Assembly (NCBI GenBank): GCA_947502375.1
Contig: CANMZR010000001.1
Coordinates: 4,886 to 68,885, forward strand
DNA length: 64,000 nucleotides
Direction: 5' to 3'
Source: Polyangiaceae bacterium
Lineage (GTDB): Bacteria > Myxococcota_A > Polyangia > Polyangiales > Polyangiaceae
Below are positions 61,662-64,000 of this stretch, piece after piece; positions within the stretch are counted from its first letter, which is position 1, and each line of letters begins with the position of its first letter. The notes beneath the pieces are model-generated. The model searched no databases and had not been told where the DNA came from. It worked only from the letters and a program-made list of their open reading frames with translations. The position numbers and the translations under genes are program-made.

Positions 61662-61925
61662 GCATGGCGAGCGGTGTCGCACTCGGTTGGCTCGTGACGG
61701 ACTTCAGCCTGCGCCACGTCCACCCGAACTCACCCCGCTACAACCAGGCAGTCTCTCCGAAGGACCAGGCGACGCAGGTTTGGGGTTGGTATTTCGGAAA
61801 AGACCTCACGGCAGGGGCCACCAAAGTGCCGATCCAGATCCTCGGTGTGAATGGGATCGGCGATGAGTCCGGCAACACCTGCCGTCACGATGGGCAGCAA
61901 TTTTACTTGGATCCAAGCGACCGCG
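61662..61925 (+). pseudogene. Decayed partial copy of the redoxin (candidate selenoprotein) gene, lacking the signal peptide, the UxxC motif and the C-terminus
   Basis: About 80% nucleotide identity by eye to 40905-41225. A clean 54-nt in-frame gap at 61798/61799 removes HAT-U-GYCSGQFGHLDTLQ. Homology fades after ESGN. Confidence 0.7.
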
Positions 61926-61953
61926 ACGGCGAACACCAACTGACGGTTCGCGC

Positions 61954-64000
61954 TCACGCTCGGTTATCGCCCCAGAAGGTCCCCGGCACGGCCACACTCT
62001 CGTGGAGACGGTGCCGGGCCTCGGACGCGTGGACAAGCTGACGGGCGAACCAGTCCCGAACGTCAACACGGCGACCGCCCGACCAAAGTCCGAGCTCCAG
62101 CGCGGCGAGGCGGCGAGCGCCGAGCGGCACGCCTTCGAAAGTGAGTTCTTGAAAAGGCGCCTCCGGTGCAAACGGCACACCGAAACGGTAGCGCCGTGAA
62201 GGCTCGAACCGGGGTGCGTTTTCCTGCCACCAGTCGGCCCAGTCAGTAAAATCGGTGACGGGTTCATAGCGATCGGGCCGCGAGCCGTCTTCCTGCGACG
62301 GCACGGGACCACCGACGATGCGAACGAGTGCGCGTGCAGCGGCGCGACGCATGCGCGGCCCCGCGACACCGCCGCCCACCGACAGGGTCTCGAGCAGCGG
62401 GCCGACGTTCCCGAGATGACCGTGCCAACCGAGGGCGGTCGAGGTGTCGATGCCGTGGGCATGGAGACGAACGAGGAGGCCTGCGTCGTCGGCGGTCCCC
62501 GCGATGGCCAAGAGCTCGAGGGCTCTACGGCGAATCGGCGCCGCGAGGGTGGAGCTTTCCACAAGCTCTTCGCCGAGAAGGTCTCTCAGCGTCGGCAGGC
62601 CACGCTGCGAGCCGAGCAACGCGAGCGCTTCGGCAAAGGCGACCAGCACCTCCTCACTCGACTCCGTCGCCAGAGCCCTCTCGAGTAGCGAACAGGCGGC
62701 GTCCCGCTCGGGAACGGTCGCAAGGCAATCCGCTGCCGCGACGCGCACGAGCTCGGACGGATGCTCGAGCACCGCAACGAGGCCTGCAAACTCACCGGAA
62801 GCGCGCGCGGTGAGCACCTCGAGCGCGACAACCGAGAGCGCGGCGTCGTCGCTTCCCGCAAGCCGCCGCATCGCGGGATCGATCGCAGGACTCGAGCCCA
62901 GGATGAAGGCGCGGCTCTGCGCCTCGTGGGCGTACCGGAGCGATTGGTTCAAGCCAAGGACCGCCGCGCGCACGGCATCGTCGCCGGCGATGCAACCGAG
63001 AACGAAGGCTCGCGCGAACGGGCGCACGGTGTCGCCCGCGTAAGCCGCACGCGCAAATGCGAGCGTTTCCGCTGGGACATCGAGCCCGGCGCGCACGGCA
63101 CCGTCGCCGCTCGAAACGAAAGACTCGCCGAGAGCCACCAGCGCATCGAGACTCGCTAGCAAGCGCCCGTCGGTTCCAAAGAGATGCGGCGCAAAGCGCG
63201 TCTCTTCGTCGAAGGCTCGCAAGTTCCCGAGCGCGCCAAGCTCAATGAGGCAATCGTGCGCGATGCGACGGAGCGTGGCATGCTCACCACCGAGCCCGGG
63301 TTCCGTCACGTCGAGTTCACGTTCGGGCTCGGGCTCGTTCGCGAATATCGACTGGTGGAGGCGACGCGGTGCACCGTCGGACTCGTCAGCAACCATCCGG
63401 AGCGAACGCGCGGCCTCGGCGGCGAGTTCTTCGTCGAGGGAGGAGACGTGCTCGACCATCGAGACAGCGTCATCGGGGAGGGGCAAGTCCGTGATGGTGT
63501 CCAAGCGGTCGATCGCGGACACGTCTACGAACGTCTCGATCGGTCCACGCCGGAGACGAAAGAGCCGAGGCGTCCCGAGACTCGCGCCGAACGGCCAAAC
63601 CACCTGGTGGTCCGAGACTTCGGCTTCACGCGCCTCACTCTGCACCGCCACGATGCTGTCGATGGTCTCCGCGCGGCAAGCTTCGAGAGACGCCTCGATG
63701 CTGCGGACGGTCCGTCGGAGACGCTCGCCTTTCTCGCCGAGGTCGCGCACGCCGAGCATCACGCGGGCTTCGGTAACGCGACGTTCGACGGCCTCGAACT
63801 TCTCGAAGTGATCGACATCGCGAAGCCGGCTTCCTTCGAGAGTCGTCAGCGCCGCGAGCGTTGCTTCGAGCGCATCGACGATGGCGCGGCGGTCCACGTA
63901 CGTCGGGAGGCGGCGAAGCTCGAGCAGCACGCGTTCGAGCACGTCGCGGATCACGCCGGCGTTACGCGAGCCAGGCGAATCGGGAAGAATGGAATCACTC
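61954..64000 (-). CDS. HEAT/ARM-like repeat protein, paralogue of 44881..46956; 5' end probably runs off the window
   Basis: At least 666 aa, collinear with the paralogue (e.g. RPFARAFVLGCIAGDDAVRAAVLGLNQS vs RSFARALVLGSVAGEDTVRAAVLALKQS). The frame stays open from 63954 to the window edge. Confidence 0.6.
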   Translation of the reverse strand, partial: SDSILPDSPGSRNAGVIRDVLERVLLELRRLPTYVDRRAIVDALEATLAALTTLEGSRLRDVDHFEKFEAVERRVTEARVMLGVRDLGEKGERLRRTVRSIEASLEACRAETIDSIVAVQSEAREAEVSDHQVVWPFGASLGTPRLFRLRRGPIETFVDVSAIDRLDTITDLPLPDDAVSMVEHVSSLDEELAAEAARSLRMVADESDGAPRRLHQSIFANEPEPERELDVTEPGLGGEHATLRRIAHDCLIELGALGNLRAFDEETRFAPHLFGTDGRLLASLDALVALGESFVSSGDGAVRAGLDVPAETLAFARAAYAGDTVRPFARAFVLGCIAGDDAVRAAVLGLNQSLRYAHEAQSRAFILGSSPAIDPAMRRLAGSDDAALSVVALEVLTARASGEFAGLVAVLEHPSELVRVAAADCLATVPERDAACSLLERALATESSEEVLVAFAEALALLGSQRGLPTLRDLLGEELVESSTLAAPIRRRALELLAIAGTADDAGLLVRLHAHGIDTSTALGWHGHLGNVGPLLETLSVGGGVAGPRMRRAAARALVRIVGGPVPSQEDGSRPDRYEPVTDFTDWADWWQENAPRFEPSRRYRFGVPFAPEAPFQELTFEGVPLGARRLAALELGLWSGGRRVDVRDWFARQLVHASEARHRLHESVAVPGTFWGDNRA

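Overview
High-GC (roughly 63-70% by spot counts) bacterial chromosomal segment with myxobacterial hallmarks: a MYXO-CTERM-type sorting tail on a giant S8 protease, a Hanks kinase, and DUF2169/VgrG islands. (1) 0.3-25.4 kb is a compact, intact-looking flagellar block. flbD-motA-motB, followed by a small OM beta-barrel gene and a Gly-repeat protein gene, lies on the minus strand. It diverges from a co-linear 24-gene plus-strand run: flgB-flgC-fliE-fliF-fliG-fliH-fliI-fliJ-fliK-like-flgD-flgE-fliL-fliM-fliN-fliO-fliP-fliQ-fliR-flhB-flhA-flhF-fliA-flgF. The divergent intergenic region holds two sigma54-like promoters and a 4 x 17-bp tandem repeat that builds chained mini-ORFs in the flgB leader. 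(2) 25.5-44.9 kb holds accessory genes: a Rieske oxygenase, an S8 protease, a CxxC redoxin lipoprotein, a WYL regulator, a Ser/Thr kinase, a tetR-tolC-ftsX-like-ABC-hlyD efflux operon and a DUF255 thioredoxin-domain lipoprotein. It also holds a TlpA/redoxin-like lipoprotein gene interrupted only by an in-frame TGA at the first Cys position of the CxxC motif. A 17-nt hairpin starts 11 nt downstream of that TGA, making it a candidate selenoprotein. (3) 44.9-64 kb is a minus-strand orphan type VI secretion spike island. It has three deeply diverged tandem vgrG genes, two DUF2169 genes, a DUF4150 PAAR-like toxin with an unrecognised C-terminal domain, a KAS-like protein lacking the nucleophilic Cys, and two HEAT-like paralogues. 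A decayed copy of the redoxin gene there lacks exactly the UxxC/hairpin segment. No tRNA, rRNA or CRISPR array was recognised. All calls come from reading the ORF translations and the sequence by eye; no database search was run.
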